From: Enoplolaimus lenunculus
Lineage: Eukaryota
DNA length: 64,000 nt
Direction: 5' to 3'
NCBI GenBank assembly: GCA_030248215.1
Contig: JASANG010000273.1
Location: 372,001 to 436,000, forward strand
Shown: positions 52,713 to 64,000 of the stretch, piece by piece
Layout: each line of letters opens with the position of its first letter
How positions within the stretch are numbered: position 1 is the first letter of the stretch
Translations under genes and position numbers: made by a program
Notes under the pieces: model-generated
The model's input: the letters and a program-made list of their open reading frames with translations, nothing else
Databases searched by the model: none
Told to the model about the DNA's origin: nothing

Positions 52713-52901
52713 CTAGTTGTGCTTTGTCACAATAAAATTAAAGTGTTTTGGTTTCCTTTCAAAAAATAAGTTTCGGATAACCGGAGGGGTCATTCTATTT
52801 CCAACCGTGCTGTATAACCAGGTAGCGGTGCTCCACGATCGTTCGCTGTCTGTATTCGTAGGCGAAATGCGCAATGACTTCCTGGCCAAAGTGAGATCCA
52901 A
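52713..52901 (-). pseudogene. hAT transposase C-terminal dimerisation-domain remnant
   Basis: LARKSLRISPTNTDSERSWSTA..NRMTP..LFF matches the hATC pattern (LA..L.iPatS..sER.FS.a....R.rL). No intact upstream transposase is present. Confidence 0.75.
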
Positions 52902-55455
52902 AATTTTTTTTGTGATTGCTTATCTCTTTTTCAACTTTTTAATCTCGGTTTTCAACCACCGAGACTGACAAAAAACGAAACAGAGACCGAAACCTAGACC
53001 GAGACACGCCAAATCCCGATACTTGCCGACACCGATTCCTGCTTCGGATAACGGGGTCGTCTCAACCGTGCAGTTCTCACAAATTATTTGATTTTAGTTA
53101 TAAATAATAGTTTAATATGTAATGTTAAGCTTTTCGGTGATAAAAAATAAACCAATGTAGAATATCGGAGCGGACGTTGAATGCCGAGTTATTGCCAGAG
53201 CTTGATATTCGACTGTATACTGACAGCAGCACGAATACAGCTGCCATTCGATGTTAAACTAATTTACAAGTGTTAACAAAATTTATACCAAGAGTACAAC
53301 TAGCTAAGTATATACGCAATGCGGACAGTATTTTAAAAGGATGCTGCAGTGACACGAATATATGGGGAATATGAGGGAAGGTCCCAACATTGAGTCTCAA
53401 TTAATAGAAGTCCGTATCTCTAATAAGCGTCCATAAGCGGATGATGTTCCTTAACCCTAATTAGAGTCCATAAATGTTAGTTATCCCAATTGTATTGTAT
53501 ATTAAAATGACTCCATGATCAAATACAGTTGAGTTCAAAATTTTAAAACATACTTAAGTTTTAAAAGTACATTCCTTAGTACAACCTTGCATTAATATCG
53601 TTCAGGCTTTGAATGCAACACGAATAAACATTTAATTTAACGGATAGTTGCAATACCGGATATATCAGTAAACGAAGGGCGGCGGAGGGCAGGTTAAAAA
53701 TAAATAACGGTCCGTAACAGAATGTTAATAGGGTTGTATACCCTTTGGGCAAGCTAAATAAAAATCAGTCCCTCTCGTTATTCGGGGCAGACTACAGCAC
53801 TGCGAAGGAACGTCGTAAATCCTTCTTTTACCTTTTTCAAACTTTATGCTGGTGGCATGCGTATTCCGTAAACCCATGTTGTAGACACTTTTGGTATCAA
53901 TCCCCAATATATTATTGGAAGACAAAAACATTATCAAAATCAAATTCCTGGTTCTGTGAATGACGCGGATGACAAGCTCCCGAATGTTAAATTATTGATG
54001 GTAAAATGAACACAATCCAATCGACACAACTAGTCGACGCGGGTATTTGATGTAAAATCTTGGTGCGCAATTTTCACCAACCATTTATGCAGAACGGGAA
54101 TTAAACATTTTAAACCAAACATTCACTCATCCGGAGGATTTTCTCACCATCATGGAGGATATTGAAAAGTAAAAATATTATAGCTTCAACGGAAATAAAG
54201 TTAGTTTAGGTTCAAGTTTTGTTTGTTTGAGATAGTTACGAGTTGTGCCTACAGTTTCATAATGGGTAAGGAATCATTGCCGCAAAATGTCAGAAATATA
54301 TGGGTGAATGAATGTAAATAGAGCCGCATTCAAAATTTTTAAGTGCATTAGCGTAGATCGTTTCACTTTAGACCGACTCTGTTTGGAGGCACCAGCCAAA
54401 TTTTGGGGGAGGGCACGGTCCCCAAATGCTCTTCGCTCCCGCGGGGATGCCTCTGCATTTCTTGTTAAATTTATTGAGCCTTAAGTGATAGGTATAAGAT
54501 TACAAAAATGATTGATAATTCTAAAATTTATGCATACAATGTCGTACATATGCAAATTAATACAAAATCTATATAGTACATATTAAAGCTGGAACGCCTC
54601 ACATACGTATTTTGGGCAGCATTCCAGCAGATTTAAGTATATAATATATAACATATGTAAATTGAACAGAAGATTGTATACTTAGAGAAGTGTTGTTTTG
54701 ATTTTGTTATAACGTTTAATAGGTATTTTGTATCCTTTTCAATTGGACAAATGGTATTTATAGTGTGTTCAAAGATATTTGTATATAGTCTTTAGCTATG
54801 CTGAAAGTTGCGAAGTAAGGACTCACTGCGAGCGACTCTGTAAATGTTTTGGCCAGACTCAAAGAAATTTAGTTTAAACTCTGTGCTGTCAGAAAATGTT
54901 TTCATTTTAATTTTGCTTTGAAATCGGAAAGCTTACACTTTATCAAAAAAAGTTTCTGAGGAGGAAAATTGTGTTTTTTACTGAAAAATTTGAGGGGGAA
55001 AAATTGTAAGGCACCTTACCATTTTATCGCAAAAAAATTCCGATGAGGGCGTACCCCCACCCCCTTTGAATCAGGTAGTGTTCTGGAATAACTCTGAACT
55101 ATTAGGAATCGCAGCACAAATGCTAACCTCTTTTCGGGTTTTAAAATAAAGCGATTTAATACTTAATAGCGTTTAGCTACGATAGCTATAGTCATTTCGA
55201 CGCATATGCAGATCAAACGAGGAACGTTTTTCTGCAAGACTGCAATAGAGTAAGCATTAAGCTATAGACTAATTTTTGCTTAGGCTTAGGTTTTAGGTTT
55301 AGGCTTTTGAAACAATATATACCGGGTTTTCGTATAAAACTACTGGCTGGTTAAATTGATTGAATCTTAACACAGTAACAGTGCAGCATTTACAGTTTGT
55401 TCTGGTTTTTCTTTCTTCTCTTTCACCTCGCAATCTCGGCCGGTACTTCGCAATG

Positions 55456-58400
55456 CTAACCTTTAAATGCCGTTTTTGATCTTCGCCGATACCATCGCCG
55501 CATTTTAGAAGCTTTTAACTTTTTCGCAATCCCATCTACTGTTCGTTTTTGTTGGCTATCCATTAGTGTATTTGCACCAACGTCGCAATTTATTCTTTTA
55601 ACCAGTGTTTCTGCCGGCAGCTCTTTGATCGCGTCAATTTCTTCTCGTGTCAATTCTCGCCCGGTTTGTGCTTGAACAATTGCTTTGATGTTTGCGCGTG
55701 AAAACGATTTCAGTTGTGTGATTTGTTCCACAGTCACTGGTTCGGATTGACGGTATTCGCACGTTTGATCTTTGTCGCCGTTTGTAGCGTCGATGTTGCT
55801 GTTTTCTTTGATCTTTTCGTTGTTACTTACACCGTTATTTGCCTCAACTGTGCTTTTCGTCTCACTCGTACTGTTGTTGTTCCTATTGTTATTGTTTGTC
55901 TTGTGTTTCTCGCCATTTTCATTGTTTTTTGCCTGAGATCCACCTTTCGCCAGAGTAGTCACTGTTCGGTTCGAACCATTTCTTCGTAAATTATCCCCGC
56001 TTCCAGACCTATCAGTTGATGTTGTGGTACTTTTACTCTCTTGCCCCTCTTTGCTACTTATCCCTTTTCCTTCTAGCTTCGTTTTTAACGTCCCTGTTCG
56101 GCCTTCGTTTGGTTTCGCCACCCTTTGTTTACCTCTGCGCAGTTGGATTCGTTGTTGCCGTTGTTGCTTTAGTCGCGCAAGCCGTTCAGCTGTTTTTTGT
56201 TTTCGTAGCACTCGCTGTCGAGCAGCTTCTTCCCGTCTACGCTGTGCTTGGTATTGTTTTGAGCGTTGAAACAGTGTCTCTTGTTCAGTTGAAGTCAACT
56301 CAACGCGGGTTGAGCTTGGATTCAGTATTGATTCAATTCTTGATTTTATTTCAACGTTTGATTTCGGTTCAATATTCGTTTGAGGTCTTCTATCATCTTT
56401 TGTTTCAAGTCTGGTTTGAGATGATTGTTTCGAAGTTGGCGTAGACGAAGCGTTACCAGACAAAAACTGACCATCGTTTATGAGTTTGGCGAGTACCTGG
56501 GGATCTGCGGCTCGGAACTGAGTAACTTGTTCTGGGGTAAGGTTGACTCGACCTTGCGTTTGAGCTGTTATTAGCGGAATCAGACGGTGGTTGGGAAGTT
56601 CTTGGAGTGCTGCGACTGCTTTTGGAGTAAGTTTGAGGCCAGGTTTGGGGGGCGGAGGTGTCGGAGCGATTTTGTGGGGTGAGGGCAGTCCGGCGACGTA
56701 TGCTGCCTCACCCAGGGAAAGCTTCGTGCCACCGGGTATTACGAAACCTGATATTGATGATTGACGTTTCGATAAGAAATGATTAATGTCGACTCCATGA
56801 GACGATTTCAGAAATTGATGTTGAAAGCGTTCTGAAAAGAAAACTAAAATATTAGACTGAAAACGAGCTAGAAGTTGGAAAATTTGAGAAGCCGTACGAA
56901 TGCAAATTGGGAATCGTCAAACACCTGGGTACAACTGGAAATCTGCTTTCGCTTCAGCTGCGGCAAACAAAATCAATCCCCGGCAACGGCCAACATTATT
57001 GATCTACGACTTCGGTTATTTTCGCCTGTTGAACCATGGCAAATATGTCAAAAGTTTTTGCTAACAGTTAACTTTTTCGGCCCATATATAGCACAATGAC
57101 TTCCCGTTTTCCAAGGTGGAAAACTTACGACCAGAAGTGCAGCGCAGCCACGATAGGTTTTCTCTAAGTCTGATAGGGAAGGAATGGGTTGGTTGCTTTG
57201 TCTGAAAAATTGGGATGCGTGGTTCTGTTTGAAAAACGGGAAAAGTGAATAAGGGGATAATGCAAACGTAGGTATATAATTCTCTTGGGTTTATAGGGAA
57301 AGTTGGAGGTATAGGCAAGTTTCGGAAAACGGGAAATCGGAAAAGTTAAACGCATACGCTTTCTCTAGGTCTGTAGGGAAACAACAGTTTGGATGGTCTT
57401 GCTGAAAAATTGGGGTGTGTGGTTCGCTTGGAAAAATGGGAAAAGTGAAAAATTCAAGCCTAGATATATGATTCCTTTTGGTTGGAAGGGAAAGTTGGGG
57501 GTGTAGTTGAGGTTCGGAAAACTGGAGAACTGGAAAATTTGAACGCTTCCTTTACATGCTTCGATAGGCAAAATCTGTATACGTTTTTATTTGGAAAACA
57601 AGAAAAAGGAAAAATTTAAAACGTATAGGTGTTCCGTGGTTAGGTAGGGAAAATTAGAAGCGTAGGTTTTGTTTAGAAAACGACAAAAGTGGAAAATTTA
57701 AACGCCTAAGTAGATTTTCCCTTGGTTGGTAGGGAAAATCTGAATTGATGGTTTTGCTTGGAAAACGAGAAAAGTGAAAACGCATTTGGGGCGGGCGGGT
57801 AACTCTTTCACTTGAAACATAAAATGTTTTGTTTTTCGGTTATTAACTGGTTCATAGTGCGCAAGCATTTCGTCAATTTGGTGTTACGCTCCTCAAGGGA
57901 ACGCTGCCCGCCTGCACCTCCTGTTATTATAAGGGATACTAAGCAGGATGATGGCTCCCACCACTCAAGCCTTCTGCACTAAGCATTTTATTATTGAAAC
58001 CGCTAAAGTTACTGAAATTGTTTTGAACAATTTACTGCTTCAGTATGAGAACCGCTTAGCGCGAGTTGGTTTTGGGGTAGGGCGGCAGCCCCCAATTATG
58101 CTCAGCATCCCTTCAAATCGGTGAGGGGAGTCCCACAATTTGTCTTAACATACGCTAAAGATTGTGGCGGGGTAATACTTTTCCATTGTGGGGGAAACTA
58201 CAAAAGCGCTTGAATTCCATACGTATTAAATTTTTTACTCTTAACGTTTTCAAACCAACTACACTACAAATTTAACCTAATTCAAACCGGAGTTAATATA
58301 TTGTACCTCATTCCTGTATAATTCCATGTTGATTTAAAATTTTGATTTCTTAAAAAATGCCAAAATTAAAGAAATTTCAGTTTAGCTTGATAATAAATGA

Positions 58401-60349
58401 ATTCGTATTTTAAAATTATCTCAAAATTAGCCCAGTGAAAAATTTGCATCGATTACGCACCGTCAAGTACTAAATATATTACCGTTGCAACAAACAAAAC
58501 CTGCTTTATATACATATGCCAAGTCGCGCCGCGAGATTACATGCTGGGCGTCATTTTGAATTCTGATCGCTCTTGATTTAATAAGACGCTAAGCCTAACT
58601 GAGTATGATGCCAATTAGTAAAAGGTTAGCTTGCGAATCTGGCAATCTGTAAAGGGCACATTTGAATTTCCCCTGACACAGATCCCATGACATGAGCTCA
58701 TAACTTTTGAATTCAAAACACCCACAAAAGCGACTTTCTTCTCATACATCAAAACAGTCCAAAAGTACTTACTTTATCAGCTATTCTAGCTGTCTGAATA
58801 ATGAACAGCCTAGTGTGCGGTTGGGGAGGGACAACCCTATTCTGCTTAGTGACCTTTCAAATTGCGGAAGGCTCATGGAAGCCGCAACCTCCCCCGTGAG
58901 AGAGGAAAAGCACAAAATTGATTCAAAAAGTTTGGTTGCTGCAGAAAAAGTTTCCTCCTACTGTAGTCACCCAAATAGGAGGTTGGGGTAATAAGAGGGG
59001 ATCCCCATTTTCAGTCCTAGTCAATAGGAGTCTGTATTCAAGAGTCTGTAAGCGGAGAGAGTCCCTAAACCCTAATTAGAGCCCATAAATGTCAATTATA
59101 TATCCCTAATTGTAGTGCATAATGAGTCCAGCACCAAATACAGTTCAGTTTGAAACTTTAAAAAAGCATCCTTAAGTTTTGAAAGTACATGCTTAAGTAT
59201 AACCTTGCATTATTGCTCAAGGTTTTGATACAGGACAAATATATCAACGTTTAATGCAACGGATAGTTGCAATACCGGATATACATCAGCAATGAACGGC
59301 GGGTTTAAAATAAATAACAGTCCATAACCGAATAACAGGGGGTTCCCTTTGGAGAGAACAAATAAATACAAGTCCCCGCTCTTATTCGGGTCATTACAGT
59401 ACATTTGTGTCGTGAAATAATAGTAAATTCGGTGCGCTAAACCACTCATCAAACGCAAAAATGACACAATTCAACTTAGCGCGTCATTGAAATTATCAGG
59501 GAAGGTTATGACGAGCCCAATCGGCATTTTGTTCCGATATTTTAAGACTAGACGGATCCTGAAGACTTGGACCAATATTACTTTAACAATGTAACAACCA
59601 AAACTTGTACCACGGTTCCTATAGTTAAGAACCGTGCTATAACTACCATGAGTTTGAAAGTAGAGCATGCATGCAGAGTTGATGTACAGTTAATGCACAC
59701 TGCGGCGTTCGTTCACTGTGCGTATGCACACCCTGGCGTGCAATAACTGTGCATCAATTAGGTTAAGCCACGGTGTAACAGATAGTGAAAATCGCCAATG
59801 TTACCTTTTGTGCTGTAGCACTAGATTAAGCGTATTATTAAGCCTAAGCCTAGGCCTAAGCGTAGCAAAAGCGTATTCCTAAGCCTAAGCCTAAGCCTAA
59901 GCCTTAGCAAAAAATGTAGTCTGGAATGTAAATCTACTCTTTTACAGACCCTCCAGAAACCGGGACGGCCCTACCAGTAACACGGGCCGTAAACATAACA
60001 GACACGAAAACGGATATCTCGTTACACCTTTGCCTTGGCCTTAGCCTTAGGCTTAAGCTTACGGTTAGATAGCAGAAACAGTAAAGTGGAGAGGTGACTA
60101 TTGCCTTGTTTGAAATTAACCATTTAATTTTGGGGAGAGTAAACCACTTACCAATTTTTTCCGAACGATTTTTTGTTTAAATATATGCGAAACGCCAAAT
60201 CTTCCCTAAAATCCGTTTGGGCTTTTCTAAATTTATAGCAACAAGCCTAACTGGATAACAGTTCCAAAGTCGATTGTAGTTTGCTCACCTGAGGTACACA
60301 GTGTCGGAGGTATTGAGCAAAGTAGAAGTTGTACCCATATCAATTTCAT
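55456..60349 (-). CDS. Probable secreted orphan protein with a duplicated helical module and basic coiled-coil segment
   Basis: A large exon 56831-55456 follows TCTTTTCAG and stays open about 120 codons upstream of the ORF-track start. A phase-1 first exon 60349-60289 (MKLIWVQLLLCSIPPTLCTS, then GTGAGC donor) looks like a signal peptide and joins in frame. Small intermediate exons near 57153-57119 and 57003-56925 are possible. Confidence 0.7.
57165..57785. repeat. Degenerate G/A-rich tandem repeat (about 60/120-bp periodicity)
   Basis: Recurring TAGGGAAA(G)...GAAAA(C/T)GGGAAAAGTGAAAA..AACGC motifs. Confidence 0.65.
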
Positions 60350-62381
60350 GATTATAACTTTTACAATGAAAGTGCAACATCAAATGCCATAAAACACGGA
60401 ATCTGAACTGAAATATTTAGCTCGTCACGCATTACAATCAAAACCCTTTTACATATCTATGCGGCCCCAGAGTGTTGTGGGGGTAGCACTCAGCTCGCCC
60501 CCTCTGAAAAAATTTTAGCTCCACCTAGAAGTGTTTTATTGCCAAAGGTCATGGATTTGAAGTTGCTAGTAGGTGTTAGACGTTCATCATTTATGTGCCG
60601 AACACGGAAACGTATGTATGTCGGGAAATTCTTGAAAAACCAAAATATAGTGTTGTCTCTGCATCACACAGTACTTCAGTATACGTTTTACTAATTTTTT
60701 GTTGCTTATGCCTTACGGTTAGGTTTCAGCTCAGGACTTAAGTGCTACAAGCGTAAAAGCAGAAGCACAGTATCCAAAAGTACAAAACATAGCAAAAATA
60801 TTTAAATATTTTTATAATACAGCAACGAGCTTTAGTTTTTCAAACAAAACTTAATATTGTAACTTTTAGCAAGATTTCCGACAATCGTAGGCGGACAAAA
60901 TAATAAGAAAAAAGGCTTCAAAAAACACTCTCAAATTTAACACTGTGAAATTTGCGAATTTTTGCATTAACGTTTGTATTTCAAATAAAAGCTTCATCAG
61001 TTATAAACATTTACACTGTTACACCTGTATTTTATTATAAAATGATAATTGAATATAAATATAAATTCAAATTGGCATCTCCAGAATTTTTTTCCATGTG
61101 CCTTCCGTCCAGCCAGGGTCGGAGGAGCCACCCCTCGTACCCCCATTTGGGGGGACCCATCCCTAAAGCGGCCCCCACACTAACGGATGTAAACAAAAAC
61201 CGCTTAAACTTTTAAATGGGTCTGGATTCTCGCTCGCTTCGCTCACGAGTTTGGGTACTCCCACCCTGGAATTTGGGCGAGCCCCCCAACCCTGCCTGGT
61301 CAAGGCACCGTCCAGCTTATTCCTGTCATCTAAAACCTTGCAAATAAATGCTCAAAAATTTAGCTTCAGTATTTGACAAATTTCAATATTTCATTCTGTT
61401 TTGAAACAGGCAGCTATATTTTATCTCCTACAGATCCGTTTTCGCGGATAAAAAAATCAAATATTTTTATGAAACTTTTTTAAAAAACAAGTCACCTTTT
61501 GTCATTCGTAATAAAATTTTTCTGAAACACAAACAAAGCTCCTCTGTATAGCAATTTATATTAAAACAAATTCACTGACGTTGGTGTAGAAAGGCAAAAA
61601 TTGAAGAACACAATGAAAATTCTCAATGCTACGCATTTAAAATTATTAATATAAAAAACCAGCAGATCCTGCGCTCCGTAGTCTGCAGGGGGGGGGCATT
61701 ACGAGGTACAAAAAGTAGCAGTGGTACACCTACTTTAGGGTCTTCCCAACTAAGCTATTGGCTACACATATTGTCCAATTGATTCTAGATATCGTAATTT
61801 CAAGTGTGTGTAGCACCTATCACCAGTTTTAGTAGTAGTAAACTCCAACAAACGAACTGCGGACAACTACAGATACAAAACTGAGCATAAAAGTATGTTA
61901 CGGCAATCAACAGTTCTATGCCAAATTGAGAAGTCAAACAAATATTTGTTCCAAAGCCACAGGAATTAGCACTACAACTGAGTATTGGTGCTGCACACAT
62001 TTGAGAATATGAGCCTAGATAGCAGAACTTTGTACCCACATTACTGTTTAGATTATAATCTAATTAACCTCAGCTTAAACTAAGCCTGTTTAATAATTTG
62101 TCATTTCGTATCCGCTAGAAAATTATCAACCTGCGTCATGGGTTCGAGCCCCACCGCATCCGCAGCAAAATTTTCGTGAAGTGTTCTACATGATTTTGCT
62201 TCACTTTACAATCAAACTAAGCTTGTTTAATATTTTCTCATTTCGTGACCACTAGAAAATTTTCAACCTTGCTTGTAAAACTCCGAAAACCCTTTTATAT
62301 GCCCCTCTTGAAAATTTTTTAGCCTCCCTTGCAAGGTAACCTGGCTACGGGCCTGCCTAGCCATGAACCAATAAAAGTTCT

Positions 62382-62584
62382 GGCCTATGTAAAGAACAGG
62401 GGCGGAACTGTATTATACGCATATTCCTAAGCCTAAGCCTAAGCCTAAACCGAAGCCTAAGCGCAAGAATCATATTTCTAAGCCTAAGTCTAAGCCTAAA
62501 GCAAAAAATTAATAGTCTAAAGCTTAAACTTACTCAATTGCAGTCTCACAGAAAAACGTTCTGCTCCTGATCTTTACATGGGCC
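62382..62584. mobile_element. TTAGGC telomere-repeat-carrying MITE (best copy of a family with more than 12 copies in the window)
   Basis: About 27-bp TIRs GGCCTATGTAAAGAACAGGGGCGGAAC / GTTCTGCTCCTGATCTTTACATGGGCC enclose a (GCCTAA)n core. Other copies at about 2590-2770, 7538-7650, 8810-8950, 12300-12408, 16150-16243, 20390-20560, 20920-21110, 21998-22158, 26471-26665, 59810-59990 and 62900-63060. Confidence 0.85.
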
Positions 62585-63858
62585 AAACTTCTAATATACT
62601 AGGTTGAGTATATTTCTAATATTTCCGGGAAAGCGGATGTGTAACTTCCAACAAGCAGCTACAAATTATATATATGTCGAAATTTCTCGAGGACCGCAAC
62701 GCCCTATTTATTTCTTTATGACGAGTTTTCTTTGATATTCTATAATCACATTGCAGAATTCTTAACCTAGACTATTGTAGCGCGGCAGAAAGTGTATGAA
62801 CCTTTCGCACAAGGATTGAAAACACGTTTTCTAACCAGTGAGCAGCCCATGTCAATATATATGGGCACCCACCCATAACAGTGTCAATGCTACTTTGACT
62901 TTGAGCGGCGTTTAAATATAAGCATATTTTTAAGCCTAAGCGTCGGCGTAAAAAGAAGCATATAACTGAGGAGCCAAAGCAAAAAATAGCCTCAAGCTTA
63001 AGTTAACTCTATTTCAGTCACGCTGGAAAAACGGCACGCCCTTTACAGTAACATTGGCCTGATATAAAGACGACCGGTGGACTTGGACTGGAAGGCTTAT
63101 TTTTAAGCTTTACGCTTAATAGGTATACGCTTAAACTTATTGTTTAATATGCTTAGACTAGGCTTCGTTGTTACACCCTTATGAATCCAATGGGTCATGA
63201 CAAACAACTTTCACAACGTAAAACTGATAAAACTTGATTCGTTGAGCTAAGAAAGATCGTAGCGTTCACATACTAATTACAAAGTGACCAACAAACCAAG
63301 AAGCTCATGTTTTATACTGTTACCTCGTAAATTTATTAAAATAATAATAAAATAAGAAACAGATCAAAAAGATGAAAAAAAATCACAAATGATAAGATTT
63401 CAATACAAAAAATTCAGTTCCATGAAATACAAGACTACAGTTCTTTCCCTTGATTCCATACAAATTGTTTGTTCTGATGAGATCCGCCTTAGTTTGGTCT
63501 ATCAATTTCAGTTAGAAACTGTGTTAATTTCGGTTTCAAAACAAGAATTATTGATCAATTAGCAGGACAGGCACACGGTAACTTCTATACACACTGGAAG
63601 GCAGGACGTTATGTAATTTTAATTCATTATTATTATTTTAGCCTCCAGTAGCGTTTTAGAACAATTATTAATTACCAAATAAGGACGCTACATAGTAAAA
63701 CTTCTTTGCACGCATAAATGAACCAAGTTCAAACTTTAATTTACATACCATCTTCACCAAGATTTCATCAATTTCTTAAAAGTATTTTTTAATAATGATA
63801 TCAAATCTGCAATTATGTCGTTAAACCAACGGGAACACTTCGAAGAAATTCGATACCG

Positions 63859-63990
63859 TTAAACATCACTTATGAGTTGTGAAGATCCTCCGGTTCTGGC
63901 CCAATGAATATGGCACAATTGGCAGAGTAAATGACCGTCAAGCGGATAACAGCGACGTTCTGATTCATCTGTTAGCTGGAGACCGCAAGC
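63859..63990 (-). CDS. Terminal exon of an Ajuba/LIMD1/WTIP (zyxin-superfamily) LIM protein
   Basis: After TTGTTTTAG the exon reads ACGLQLTDESERRCYPLDGHLLCQLCHIHWARTGGSSQLISDV*, the second half of LIM3 (CGxQLxDE..RCYPLxGHLLC..CH). It is not in the ORF track because it has no start codon. Confidence 0.9.
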   Translation of the reverse strand, partial: ACGLQLTDESERRCYPLDGHLLCQLCHIHWARTGGSSQLISDV

Positions 63991-64000
63991 CTAAAACAAA

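Noticed and set aside
53160..54170. Possible plus-strand exons (ISERTLNAELLPELD.., DTFGINPQY.., ERELNILNQTF..)
   Set aside because: The splice phases could not be reconciled and no family was recognised. Left uncalled, though RNA-seq could rescue it.
55714..56444. Plus-strand hydrophobic ORFs (91, 142 and 81 aa)
   Set aside because: They are antisense shadows of the K/Q/N-rich minus-strand exon.
56490..56545. LTPEQV resembling a TALE repeat start
   Set aside because: There is no VAIAS-xx-GGKQAL core and no 34-aa periodicity.
59835..59910. (GCCTAA)n as a true telomere or chromosome-fusion scar
   Set aside because: It is short, degenerate and enclosed in MITE arms.
62128..62165. B-box GGTTCGAGCCC suggesting a tRNA gene
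   Set aside because: No upstream A box or cloverleaf is present; it is a fragment only.
2787..63990. All six genes on one strand, suggesting a nematode operon
   Set aside because: Intergenic gaps are 3-14 kb and TE-filled, there is no spliced-leader evidence, and co-orientation alone is weak.

Overview
AT-rich, intron-rich eukaryotic DNA, probably from a nematode. This is inferred from abundant TTAGGC telomere-type repeats inside MITEs and TTTCAG/TTTTAG acceptors. I reconstructed six spliced genes by hand, all on the minus strand: a peripherin/ROM1-like tetraspanin (about 2.8-6.3 kb), an uncharacterised gene (about 9.1-14.2 kb), a TSSK-family kinase (17.6-22.4 kb), a 22-exon SAPS/PPP6R PP6 regulatory subunit (36.3-50.5 kb), a probable secreted orphan protein with an internally repeated helical module (55.5-60.3 kb) and the last exon of an Ajuba/WTIP/zyxin-family LIM gene (63.9 kb). 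The window opens in a 28-bp satellite array. Most of the remainder is a dense mix of non-autonomous elements: TTAGGC-carrying MITEs, hAT and CAC-ended MITEs, and two Helentron/DINE-like elements with central tandem repeats. The standout is a complete 756-bp miniature LTR retrotransposon (TRIM, 51677-52432) with TG..CA LTRs, a tRNA-Arg-type PBS, a PPT, a perfect 5-bp TSD and a tRNA-like Pol III promoter in each LTR, similar to Cassandra/Helenus. Also notable is an apparent GT-TG non-canonical intron inside the TSSK kinase domain. Gene models and homology calls come from manual translation and recalled family motifs, not database searches.
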